Of a DNA stretch of 45,420 nucleotides, positions 28,019 through 36,145 are shown in pieces; within the stretch, counting starts at the first letter, position 1; each line of letters starts with the position of its first letter. This DNA is from Actinomycetes bacterium (GTDB lineage: Bacteria > Actinomycetota > Actinomycetes > S36-B12): the NCBI GenBank assembly GCA_046085905.1, contig JBJSWO010000091.1, forward strand, positions 1 through 45,420, in the 5' to 3' direction. The position numbers and the translations under genes are program-made. The notes under the pieces are model-generated. The model did not search any database. It was not told where the DNA came from and was given only the letters and a program-made list of their open reading frames with translations.

Positions 28019-29278
28019 TCAGGCGGATGTGCCTGCCGGAGCATCGGGCAATGCACCCAGGTCCCTGAGACCGAGAGCCTTGGCCACCGGTACCGCGGTG
28101 AGCCCGTAGACGAAGACCGTAACGGCAATGATGATGAATGCCGCAGGCAGCAGCTTCTCCGCGCCCGGCACCTTCGCTGCGACGAGTGCCGCGCCCACGC
28201 TTGACGCCGTGGCCGCGGCAACGATTCCCCTTGGATCCATCCAGCCGATGAATGCGCGCTCCCGTGAACTCAACCCGGACTTGTGAGTGCACACGAGAGC
28301 GATGAACGGACGCATGATGAGGATGAGGAAGAGAGCGACACCGATCGTCGGAATCGCAATCGTCGCGATGATCGGCGAGGGCACCAGGGCCGCGATGCTG
28401 ATGAAGAGCACGCCGATGCCTATGGAAGCAATGGTGTTGAAGAACGGCTTCACCTGATCGAGCGAGGTGTTGAGCATTCTCGCGAGCCTCGGTGAGGCCA
28501 CGCCCATGAGCAGTGCGGTCAGGAGCCCGCTCTCGCTCGCGATGAAGTTCGCGAACGCACTTGCCACGAGAACCGAGCCGATCAGCACCTGCGTGCCCAG
28601 GACGTGGTTGGGCCGCACGAGCTTCTGCCCGAAGATCACGATCGCCACTCCGATTGCGGCGACGATCACCGCCACGAGCAGGCTGCCCAGCAGGGTGAGC
28701 GCGGCCTCCCATGGAGAGCTCTGATCTGTCGCCCGCACGATCTGGAAGACGACGACCGCGAAGATCGCACCCAGCGGATCGAGTGTCGTGCCCTCCCACA
28801 GGAGGATGCCGCGGACGCGCGGCTTGAGTCGAGCAAGATCGAGAATCGGCGTGACGACTGTCGGCCCGGAGACGATCAGGATGGCGCCGAGCAGGAATGC
28901 CAGCGGCCAGGCGAGGCCCAGAAGGAGATGGGCTGCCGCCGATCCGGCCAGAAAGGTGAGTGCGCCTCCGATCCAGATCAGCCGTCGAACGACCGACTTA
29001 TCGGAGCCCTTCAGGCTGATGCTGCCCAATTCCATGCCGCCTTGGAACAGGATCAGGGCGACCATCAGGTCAACAGCGACGGGGAAGGCGGCCCCGAGAA
29101 TGTCGTCCATCCTCAGGCCTGGTGCGGCAAGACCGAAGAGGAAGCCCACCGGCAGCAGCAGGATGAGCGCAGGGATTCGCAGCAGGGGCGCGATGACCTG
29201 GCAGGCCATGGCCAGGCCGAACACCAATGCCGCGGCCAGCATCATGTCGGCCGGGGACACCTGGGTCATGAGGAGCAT
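28019..29278 (-). CDS. Cation:proton antiporter (Na+/H+ exchanger family)
   Basis: 419 aa, polytopic throughout, with N-terminus ..ACQVIAPLLRIPALILLLPVGFLFG typical of the Na_H_Exchanger family. Confidence 0.85.
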   Translation of the reverse strand: MLLMTQVSPADMMLAAALVFGLAMACQVIAPLLRIPALILLLPVGFLFGLAAPGLRMDDILGAAFPVAVDLMVALILFQGGMELGSISLKGSDKSVVRRLIWIGGALTFLAGSAAAHLLLGLAWPLAFLLGAILIVSGPTVVTPILDLARLKPRVRGILLWEGTTLDPLGAIFAVVVFQIVRATDQSSPWEAALTLLGSLLVAVIVAAIGVAIVIFGQKLVRPNHVLGTQVLIGSVLVASAFANFIASESGLLTALLMGVASPRLARMLNTSLDQVKPFFNTIASIGIGVLFISIAALVPSPIIATIAIPTIGVALFLILIMRPFIALVCTHKSGLSSRERAFIGWMDPRGIVAAATASSVGAALVAAKVPGAEKLLPAAFIIIAVTVFVYGLTAVPVAKALGLRDLGALPDAPAGTSA

Positions 29279-29422
29279 TGTTCCCCCCGCCGCCCCGGCC
29301 GACTACGGGCCTCTCCCGGGCCGTCGGTTCCCGGGCTCGCACCTGCATTCAGCGTCGGGACGGAATTTGCGCCAACTTTCGCTAGCGTGGCCCCACAACG
29401 ACTCGTCCAAGTGGAGGCAGGC

Positions 29423-30208
29423 ATGCCAGGCCAGGGAAACCTCCCCACTGTCGTCACGCGCCAGGAGTGGCTCACCGCCCGCAAGCAACTGCTCGAGAAG
29501 GAGAAGGCCCTCACCCGCGCCCGCGATGAGGTAAACGCCGAGCGTCGGCGCCTGCCGATGGTCCTGGTGGAGAAGCCTTACGCATTCGAGGGTCCCTCAG
29601 GGACGGTGAGCCTCCTGGATCTCTTCGACGGTCGACCTCAGCTCGTGATGCATCACTTCATGTTCGATCCCGCATGGGACGATCCCTGCCGGAGTTGCGC
29701 ATCTGCTGCAGACTCCATCGCTGGCCTCCGGCAATTGCACGCTCGGAACACGTCACTGGTCGCAGTCTCGCGAGCACCTCTCGCGAAGCTCACGGGGGTG
29801 AAGGAGCGCATGGGCTGGACTTTCCCCTGGTACTCCTCACATGGGAGTGATTTCAATTACGACTTCCATGCGACCTTGGATGACACGGTGGTTCCCGTCC
29901 TTCTGCACTTTCGGGATGAGCAGGAGCTCTCCGAAACCGGGACGCCATGGACCCGCGGACCATGGACTCCGAGCATGCGCGGAATGGAGATGCCCGGCAT
30001 CAGTGCCTTCCTGCGGGTCGGCGACGATGTGTTCCACACGTATTCGACCTTCGGCAGGGGTATCGAGGAGTTTCATCACGGATACCCGTACCTCGACCTC
30101 ACCGCACTCGGTCGGCAGGAAGAGTGGGAGGAACCTGCCGGGCGGAGCGTGCCTCTTGGGCTTCAGGCCGGCGGCCCGAATCTCCGGCTGCCAGATCAGT
30201 ACGAATGA
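29423..30208 (+). CDS. DUF899 thioredoxin-like protein
   Basis: GGAGG RBS. VVTRQEWLTARKQLLEKEKALTRARDEVNAERRRLPMV.., HHFMFDPAWDDPCRSC, RMGWTFPWYSS. These are a close match to remembered DUF899 hallmarks. Confidence 0.8.
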   Translation: MPGQGNLPTVVTRQEWLTARKQLLEKEKALTRARDEVNAERRRLPMVLVEKPYAFEGPSGTVSLLDLFDGRPQLVMHHFMFDPAWDDPCRSCASAADSIAGLRQLHARNTSLVAVSRAPLAKLTGVKERMGWTFPWYSSHGSDFNYDFHATLDDTVVPVLLHFRDEQELSETGTPWTRGPWTPSMRGMEMPGISAFLRVGDDVFHTYSTFGRGIEEFHHGYPYLDLTALGRQEEWEEPAGRSVPLGLQAGGPNLRLPDQYE

Positions 30209-30230
30209 GAGCGCAACGGCGTGCAGCGCA

Positions 30231-30279
30231 TGGAGCCGCCTCGGGGATTTGAACCCCGGACCTACGCATTACGAGTGCG
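30231..30279 (-). repeat. Direct repeat DR1: copy of the 3' 49 nt of tRNA-Thr (distal att remnant)
   Basis: tggagccgcctcggggatttgaaccccggacctacgcattacgagtgcg, identical to 36146..36194. It has no 5' half, so it is not a functional tRNA. Confidence 0.9.
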
Positions 30280-30377
30280 GGGACGAGGGTTCCGCCGGGG
30301 TTATTGACGATTCGCCTGAGACGAACCACGAACAACTTAGCGAAGTTCCGACTTCGCGGGATACCCCCGCACAAGGA

Positions 30378-30402
30378 CGAACTGAGACGGGAACTGAGAC
30401 TG
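30378..30402 (+). repeat. 25-nt motif cgaactgagacgggaactgagactg (internally a tandem 12-mer); second copy at 33771..33795
   Basis: 23/25 identity with 33771..33795 (cgaactgagactgaaactgagactg). Both copies lie just inside the ends of islet A. Confidence 0.7.
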
Positions 30403-30521
30403 ATACGTGACAAGCCCAGAGCCGTTGACTTCCCGTCACGGGGTCTCCACCCCAGCGCCACCTTGTCAGGCGGACTCGCTCACTGGGCGCTAGCGTGGGG
30501 TCCGTTACGGGGGAGGTCTTC

Positions 30522-31292
30522 ATGCCAATGGGTCGCGTTCGCGCACGCTGGCTCGCCATAGGGGTGGGAGCCCCGGTGGCTCTGTTGCTGACACTCGGCG
30601 CCGTTGCGCCCTCATCGGCCATGTCGGCCGCCAATACGGTCGCAGGGTGCACGATCAAGCCCAAGGCAAAGTGCCCGAAGAAGGATTTCGGGATGACGAG
30701 CCTGAAGGGTGTGAATCTGCAAGGAGCGAATCTCAGCGGATCAAGTTTTCGGGGGACCTCACTGGTGGGGGCTAACCTCACAGGCGCAAACCTGAGCAAC
30801 ATTGGGGCGGGCGGAACAACCACATCCAACGCGCTCACCGGGAACACGGAGTTTCGAAAAGGCTCATGGACGAAGGTGCGCGCCTCGAAGGCCAACCTGA
30901 CCGAGGCTGAGTTTGGTGATGGCGACCTCTCGAACGCGAACCTCGCCGGCGCCAATCTGACCGGCTTCTTCGCCACACGCACTCGTTTCGCCGGAGCCAA
31001 CCTCAGCGGCGCCAATCTGACACGGGCAGAGATCTACGGTTTACCAGAGGACCCTAAGGACATCCAGCGCATGGGGCCGAACCCCTTCAGGGGTTTGAAC
31101 CTCACTGGAGCGGACCTACGCGATGCTCTGCTCAGTTTCGATCTCGCAGGGGTGAATCTGTCCGGAGCAAACCTCACCGGGGCGAACCTTGGAGGGGCCA
31201 AGAATCTGGAGCAAGCCATCGTGGATGGGGCGATCTTCTGCAGGACTGTTGCGCCGGGCGGTTACACAGAAACGATCGATACCAACTGCTGA
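30522..31292 (+). CDS. Secreted pentapeptide-repeat protein
   Basis: RBS GGGGGAGG. Signal peptide MPMGRVRARWLAIGVGAPVALLLTLGAVAPSSAMSA. Long runs of A(N/D)LxG pentads (GANLSGSSFRGTSLVGANLTGANLSN.., GANLSGANLTGANLGGA). Confidence 0.85.
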   Translation: MPMGRVRARWLAIGVGAPVALLLTLGAVAPSSAMSAANTVAGCTIKPKAKCPKKDFGMTSLKGVNLQGANLSGSSFRGTSLVGANLTGANLSNIGAGGTTTSNALTGNTEFRKGSWTKVRASKANLTEAEFGDGDLSNANLAGANLTGFFATRTRFAGANLSGANLTRAEIYGLPEDPKDIQRMGPNPFRGLNLTGADLRDALLSFDLAGVNLSGANLTGANLGGAKNLEQAIVDGAIFCRTVAPGGYTETIDTNC

Positions 31293-31378
31293 GGCGCCGA
31301 CGCTCTAGGAGACTTTGCGCCCTACGAACTGCTTTTGCGCACCATGCCCCCGGGCGACGGTTTCGGGCTCCCGATGAC

Positions 31379-31412
31379 AAAGGCTCCCACCTCGTATCGA
31401 GGGGGAGCCTTT
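31379..31412. terminator. Stem-loop between convergent pentapeptide and cupin genes
   Basis: aaaggctccc-a-cctcg-tat-cgagg-gggagccttt (10 + 5 bp with one bulge). Confidence 0.5.
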
Positions 31413-31481
31413 GCCATGTCGTCGGCGCTCAGGGGCACTCGGATTCCCCGCGTACCCGGTATGCCGGCGAGGGCGCAGCTT

Positions 31482-31883
31482 CTACGCGGCTGGCGCAGCT
31501 GCGAAGCCGGTGAGCATTCCCTTGTCCATCATGAACATCGTGTTGCCGTCATCGTCGATGAACGCCACGTCGCCGGTGCTCTTCATGATGAGCAGCACTT
31601 CCTCCTCGAACAGAACCGCATCGTGGATGGCATTCGCCGGTTCGATGACGTAGTCACCGGTCTTGTAGTCGCCCGTCTGTGGGTGGTTGCCCTTGCCCTT
31701 GAGGATGTAGATCTCGGCCTGCGACAGGTGCTGGTGGCGCGGCAGCACCGAACCTGGAAGCGCATTGATCATGACCGTCCAGCCAGGACCACTGTCGTCG
31801 ATGTACACGACGCGCATGTTGACGTTGGGAGCCAACGGCTTGAACGGAAGCTCTTCCGTGGCAATGGTGCGACCGAAGTCCAT
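31482..31883 (-). CDS. Cupin-domain protein (ChrR-like cupin)
   Basis: The ATG at 31883 is preceded by GGAGGAGAGGG. Cupin motif LPRHQHLSQAEIYILKGKG. 133 aa. Confidence 0.7.
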   Translation of the reverse strand: MDFGRTIATEELPFKPLAPNVNMRVVYIDDSGPGWTVMINALPGSVLPRHQHLSQAEIYILKGKGNHPQTGDYKTGDYVIEPANAIHDAVLFEEEVLLIMKSTGDVAFIDDDGNTMFMMDKGMLTGFAAAPAA

Positions 31884-32106
31884 GTAACCCTCTCCTCCAT
31901 TTCGGGGCCGATTCCCCCATGGAGCGGCCTCGTTATGAGGATATATGGGGAATTCGTCGGGCGTCAGGAAAACGCAATAAGTCGGTCGTCTCCTTCGTAG
32001 CGCGGGACGAAGCCCCGCGACGATGACGGACGCGGGCATCCCCGCTGGACGATGAAGCCCGATCAGCTATTCCAGGGAACCGGGTACGACCAGGTGCCCA
32101 GATGCG

Positions 32107-33402
32107 TCAGACCATGTTCCAGGTTCCGCAGCCGACCGATCGCAGGAGAGCCCCGAGTCCATCGGAACCCACTGAAGTGTCGAAACTCAGCGTTTCGCCC
32201 CGATAGACCTGCAAGGAGCCTGCCGGTTGCGGGCGCCTCAAGGCAGCACGATCGGTAACCACGTAGCGGCAGGTGTTCGGTGTTGTGGGACGGCGCGGGC
32301 CTGGAGCCAATGCCTGCAAAGGGAAAAGGCCGTCAGGAGCCACGATCATGTGCTCCCACTCGTTCTTCTGGAGCTGGCAAGTGGAGGCGAATCGATCTCC
32401 GGCTTCGAGCGCGACTGCAATGTAGGGACCATCAGCGGCAGTCCACGAGACTGTCGGGCCACCATCCACTGGTTTCAACGTCCAGGCGCATCCATCAACC
32501 ATGGTGTGCCATGTGCCTGCGAATTCGGCAGGGACCGATCGCAGATCAGATAACGATGAAGCGGCCTTCCACACCACCGGCATGCCAGCCGCTTGGGCAA
32601 CCTTGAATTCACATTTAGGCACTTCATTGTCGGCAACGACGAAATTGTTGCCATCGCCACGGCTGGTGAAGTTGTAGCCGATCACTCTTGCAGGAGCCCC
32701 GGGAGCGGTGTTGCCGAACGTCGGGGACCACACCAGGCATGTCGCGGCATTCACCGACGAGATGCCCATTTCGAACTCTGTGAAGGGGAATGTCGCATCA
32801 GGGGTCCCCCGAGGTGGGAAGTACGGACCTTCGTGTGTGCCGTTGTAGTGCCGGCGGAGCTGCACGGATATCTCACCATTCGAGCAGTTGCCTCTGTTGC
32901 TCCCGAGCTTGCCGATCATGGGACCGTTCTGCCACTGCTTGTACAAAATTGGCAGGAAGCCCCCCGCGTCCCAACCGATCAGCCCGAAGCCGGGCGCATA
33001 CTGCGGGCGTAGTACCGCATCAACGGCTTGACAGGGATTCATGCCCGTCGATGCAGAGACTCGCTGCACTTCGTTTGCGACGAGTTGGCCAACCTCGCGA
33101 AAGAACCCCGCGTAGGCGGCGTCGCGCTCCGCCGGCGTCATGAACTTCGTGTAGACGAGGTGGCAGTAGGACCAGACGCGCTCGGTGAGCGCGGCATCCT
33201 GCTTTCGAGCGAGTTGCGGGATGACGGCTGCGAACTCCTTGTCCCACCACGCATTGAGGCAAGTGGACGTACTGGCTCCATCAGGTCGAGTCGGAAGCGA
33301 CGAACTTGATGAACCACCGCTGGGTTGATTGGAAAGCGCCGACCAGGCCCAAGTCGCGGCGCAAGCACGACACCGCCTTGCCCGCCGAGGTTTGGAGGGC
33401 AC
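32107..33402 (-). CDS. Cys-rich hypothetical protein; 5' end uncertain or possibly truncated
   Basis: Long open frame in a lower-GC segment. Repeated C...GC-x-W modules in the C-terminal half. No signal peptide. The first ~45 codons are antisense to the integrase remnant and look non-native. Internal Met candidates are at 33141 and 33042. Confidence 0.45.
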   Translation of the reverse strand: MPSKPRRARRCRACAATWAWSALSNQPSGGSSSSSLPTRPDGASTSTCLNAWWDKEFAAVIPQLARKQDAALTERVWSYCHLVYTKFMTPAERDAAYAGFFREVGQLVANEVQRVSASTGMNPCQAVDAVLRPQYAPGFGLIGWDAGGFLPILYKQWQNGPMIGKLGSNRGNCSNGEISVQLRRHYNGTHEGPYFPPRGTPDATFPFTEFEMGISSVNAATCLVWSPTFGNTAPGAPARVIGYNFTSRGDGNNFVVADNEVPKCEFKVAQAAGMPVVWKAASSLSDLRSVPAEFAGTWHTMVDGCAWTLKPVDGGPTVSWTAADGPYIAVALEAGDRFASTCQLQKNEWEHMIVAPDGLFPLQALAPGPRRPTTPNTCRYVVTDRAALRRPQPAGSLQVYRGETLSFDTSVGSDGLGALLRSVGCGTWNMV

Positions 33403-33905
33403 TTCGCGAGCATCAGGCGAATCAAGACGTCCTGCGATCCCTTGCTGGCGAGGACTGGTGGGACTTGGACTTCGTCTTCACTGATGCTCTCGGACGACCC
33501 ATCGACCCACGCGGCGATCATCAGTCGTGGCAAGACCTCTTGAAGAAGGCAGGGCTGCCGCCCAAGAAACTCCACGCTGCCCGACACTCCTGCGGCACCC
33601 TTATGGCCGGAATCGGCGTTCCCATGTCCACCATCAAGGACGCCTTTGGTCACTCGTCCATCAAGGTGACCGAGCGCTACGTCAACACCCCGCGTGAGGG
33701 GCTGCGCTGGGCCATGGACCAAGTAGATGCAGCCGTCTTCGGAACACCCGCGAACGAAGGCGAACCGGTGCGAACTGAGACTGAAACTGAGACTGGCTTC
33801 GGGCTTCTGACCTTCGATCAGGTCATGGGCGCACAATCCCGTGAGGGAAATCGGAGCCGCCTCGGGGATTTGAACCCCGGACCTACGCATTACGAGTGCG
33901 ATTAG
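33306..33905 (+). pseudogene. 5'-truncated tyrosine recombinase/integrase (catalytic C-terminal half only)
   Basis: KSRRKHDTALP (Arg I region), HAARHSCGTLM (His-x-x-Arg) and GHSSIKVTERYVN (His...Tyr nucleophile). The N-terminal core-binding domain is absent. The ORF reads on through DR2. Confidence 0.8.
33853..33900 (-). repeat. Direct repeat DR2: copy of the tRNA-Thr 3' 48 nt
   Basis: ggagccgcct...gagtgcg, identical to 30232..30279 and 36147..36194. The base preceding it differs (c instead of t). Confidence 0.9.
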
Positions 33906-34059
33906 GGCTTCACAGGCCGAAACTTCGGGCACATCGAGTAGGGGAAATAGACCCATCGAGAAACCTGCTGGATCACGTTCTGGTACCTAGATTGGTTCTC
34001 TGTTGGTTCCGTTATCCGCTGACCGAATCAACTCGACACCCCTGCGTGTTATCCCCTCG

Positions 34060-35856
34060 CTACCGCTGCGGCGCAGGCTTATCCGGGGAATACGCGCATC
34101 CGAGGTTTCTGGGGCCAAGCTTGAGTGTCAGTAGGTACTCGGTCACCGGTGCGTTAACACAATCCGACGGGGTGAACAGATAAGCGACATGCTGGGTGCT
34201 GTCGTAAGTGATGGTGCGTGACCCCACGAAAGTATTCGCAAGACTGCGCCCCCACACCCATGGGGTTGCCGCATCACCGGAGGACAGTACGAACAGGGGC
34301 GGAGTCTTGAGATTGGTCATGACTGGTGCACTGGAGACAGCAGGCGACAGATCCTTTGGTGCAAGCCCGAAGCATGCGGCAGAGTTCGCGATGAATGTCG
34401 GTGACGTCGTACCAAAGTTGCGCGCGATTGGTTCCGAGGCGGTAGCTAACTCTGCGACTGTCGGGCGATCGTGCAGGTCCGAGCAGTTGACGAGCACCTG
34501 AACAGGCACTCCTTTCGCAGAATCCTTTATGACTGAGCGCACTCCTTCAGCAATAGTTGCGACCACTGCAAGCCTCTTGGCACGCGCGCCCGGCGTCTTC
34601 GCGGTGATGCCCCCGTATAAGTTGTTGATCAGAGCCCGCGCTGCCGGGTACTGACTCTGGGCCGTCAGGAGTAACCGAAATTGCTCTGCCCAATCCCAAC
34701 GGGTGAACTCGGTGCCATCGGGTAGTGCCAAGACCGTGGCATCGAGATAATCCTCAATCACGGTGATCTTGCGCGCCGTCTCTGGGGCCGCCAAGGCAGG
34801 GAACAGTTGCGTGGAAATCCACAAGTTGGACGGAAATGACGTACCAAGCCCATACATTGTTTCGCCCGCCGGCATACTGCCGTCCATGATCAGAGCCCGC
34901 AATTTGCTGGGGAAAGTGCGCGCGTAGGCGTACCCGATTCGGGTGCCGTAGCTCATACCCCAGTAGTTCCACGCCGAGTAGCCAAGCGCCACCCGCAGCG
35001 CATTGAGGTCACGAATGACCTGCCAGGTGCCCACATACGGAGCGGAATCTTGGTTAGCCGCTAGGCAGGCAGCATTAGCCGCCCCATTTTCATCTGCCCA
35101 CTTCTGCCAGAACTCCCGCCAGTCCACTGGACCGGTCGATGGCGGATATAGATCTGGGTACTGACAGCCGGAAGCCTCGGAACCGACAATCATGGTTAGC
35201 TCACGACTAGCGCCTCCGCGACGGAATTCCACCACCAGCGAATCGCCCGGAACAGACTCGCTGAATTCCGCGAGCACATCGGCGACGTTGCTTATTGCGC
35301 GATCACTGACCTTGGTGATGATGTCGCCCTTGACCAGGCCTGCCTTGGCAGCAGGTGAACCCGGCTTGGTCCCGGCAATCTCAGCCCCACCAGATTCACC
35401 TGGCGCCAGACTGAGTCCCGCGTAGGGCCGAGCTGGGCCAGTGATCTTCGGCCCGCTATCTCCCACGCCACGCGGATCCCAACCTACGAAATCAAAAGCG
35501 GATGCCACGTCAGCCGGGAGCAGCGAGTAGATGGCCGGGAAGGCTTCGATCCCCGACCCTCCAGGTCCGCCCGGGTTAAAGGTCAGCCCACCCTTGCCCT
35601 CCTTGGAGCGCATCACTCGCACGTCGATAGTCGTCGTACGACCATCAAGTGGGTTCTGCCAATCCAAGGGGACCGTGAGCCTGGCGCACTGGACGCCAGC
35701 AGGCAGCGACTTAGGCGGACACTTGAAGTAGGACAGTTTCGGCTCGAAGACTGCGGCCGCTGGAGCCGCCGAAGCCACAACACCCGTCAGACCCGCGAGC
35801 AGCGATGTTGCGCACGCCAGACCCGTGAGGGTTCGCACAGTGACTCTGATTTTCAT
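34060..35856 (-). CDS. Secreted S33-type alpha/beta hydrolase (tripeptidyl-aminopeptidase-like) with an inserted PDZ domain
   Basis: ATG at 35856 after GGGGGA. Signal peptide MKIRVTVRTLTGLACATSLLAGLTGVVASAAPAAA. NPGGPGGSG oxyanion region, nucleophile GMSYG, DAATP and QHVAY. PDZ-like insert GTKPGSPAAKAGLVKGDIITKVSDRAISNVADV..PGDSLVVEFRRGG. Confidence 0.8.
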   Translation of the reverse strand: MKIRVTVRTLTGLACATSLLAGLTGVVASAAPAAAVFEPKLSYFKCPPKSLPAGVQCARLTVPLDWQNPLDGRTTTIDVRVMRSKEGKGGLTFNPGGPGGSGIEAFPAIYSLLPADVASAFDFVGWDPRGVGDSGPKITGPARPYAGLSLAPGESGGAEIAGTKPGSPAAKAGLVKGDIITKVSDRAISNVADVLAEFSESVPGDSLVVEFRRGGASRELTMIVGSEASGCQYPDLYPPSTGPVDWREFWQKWADENGAANAACLAANQDSAPYVGTWQVIRDLNALRVALGYSAWNYWGMSYGTRIGYAYARTFPSKLRALIMDGSMPAGETMYGLGTSFPSNLWISTQLFPALAAPETARKITVIEDYLDATVLALPDGTEFTRWDWAEQFRLLLTAQSQYPAARALINNLYGGITAKTPGARAKRLAVVATIAEGVRSVIKDSAKGVPVQVLVNCSDLHDRPTVAELATASEPIARNFGTTSPTFIANSAACFGLAPKDLSPAVSSAPVMTNLKTPPLFVLSSGDAATPWVWGRSLANTFVGSRTITYDSTQHVAYLFTPSDCVNAPVTEYLLTLKLGPRNLGCAYSPDKPAPQR

Positions 35857-36145
35857 GAAATCCCCCACACGCTCCTGGCCGTCGTAGATGCATTATCCGG
35901 TGTCGAATCACCGGCATGCTGAGAATGCAGCAAACGGCGACAGCGGAAAGATCACAGGCACGCTGTTCAGCATGGCTTCCGCGACCACCGGCACTATCTC
36001 CGTGGAGTTATTCGCGAAAGAGATCAACCGGCTGGGGCAACGCCGTCTTTTCGGTCATGGAACGTGGACGGGTTCGCGCACGCACCGAGTGATCGGCTTT
36101 CACGGTCAACATGGAAACCAATTCCAGCGGGGAGACAACTAGCTG

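Larger units (their letters stand above)
30231..33900. mobile_element. Islet A: decayed integrative element bounded by DR1 and DR2 (about 3.6 kb)
   Basis: Bounded by identical tRNA-Thr 3' fragments. A tyrosine integrase remnant abuts the tRNA-proximal repeat. The cargo genes are unrelated to the flanking core genes. Confidence 0.75.

Noticed and set aside
30099-30461. ORFs reading through the tRNA-Thr fragments (29841-30410, 30099-30461, 33138-33956) that share peptides such as VMRRSGVQIPEAAP or SRLGDLNPGPTHYEC.
   Set aside because: The shared peptides are simply translations of the repeated tRNA 3' half. The similarity is nucleotide-level att duplication, not a protein family.
29381-30500. 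A shared gctagcgtgg string about 30-40 nt upstream of the DUF899 and pentapeptide-protein start codons, as a common promoter -10 (TAGCGT) or regulatory box.
   Set aside because: There are only two 10-nt occurrences and it fits the loose actinobacterial TANNNT -10 by chance. That is insufficient evidence for a regulatory call.
35869-36145. A possible integrase or excisionase remnant for islet B next to the intact tRNA (ORF 35888-36142, 84 aa).
   Set aside because: The translation shows no recombinase or HTH motifs in any frame that I could read. I treat it as non-coding islet-end DNA.
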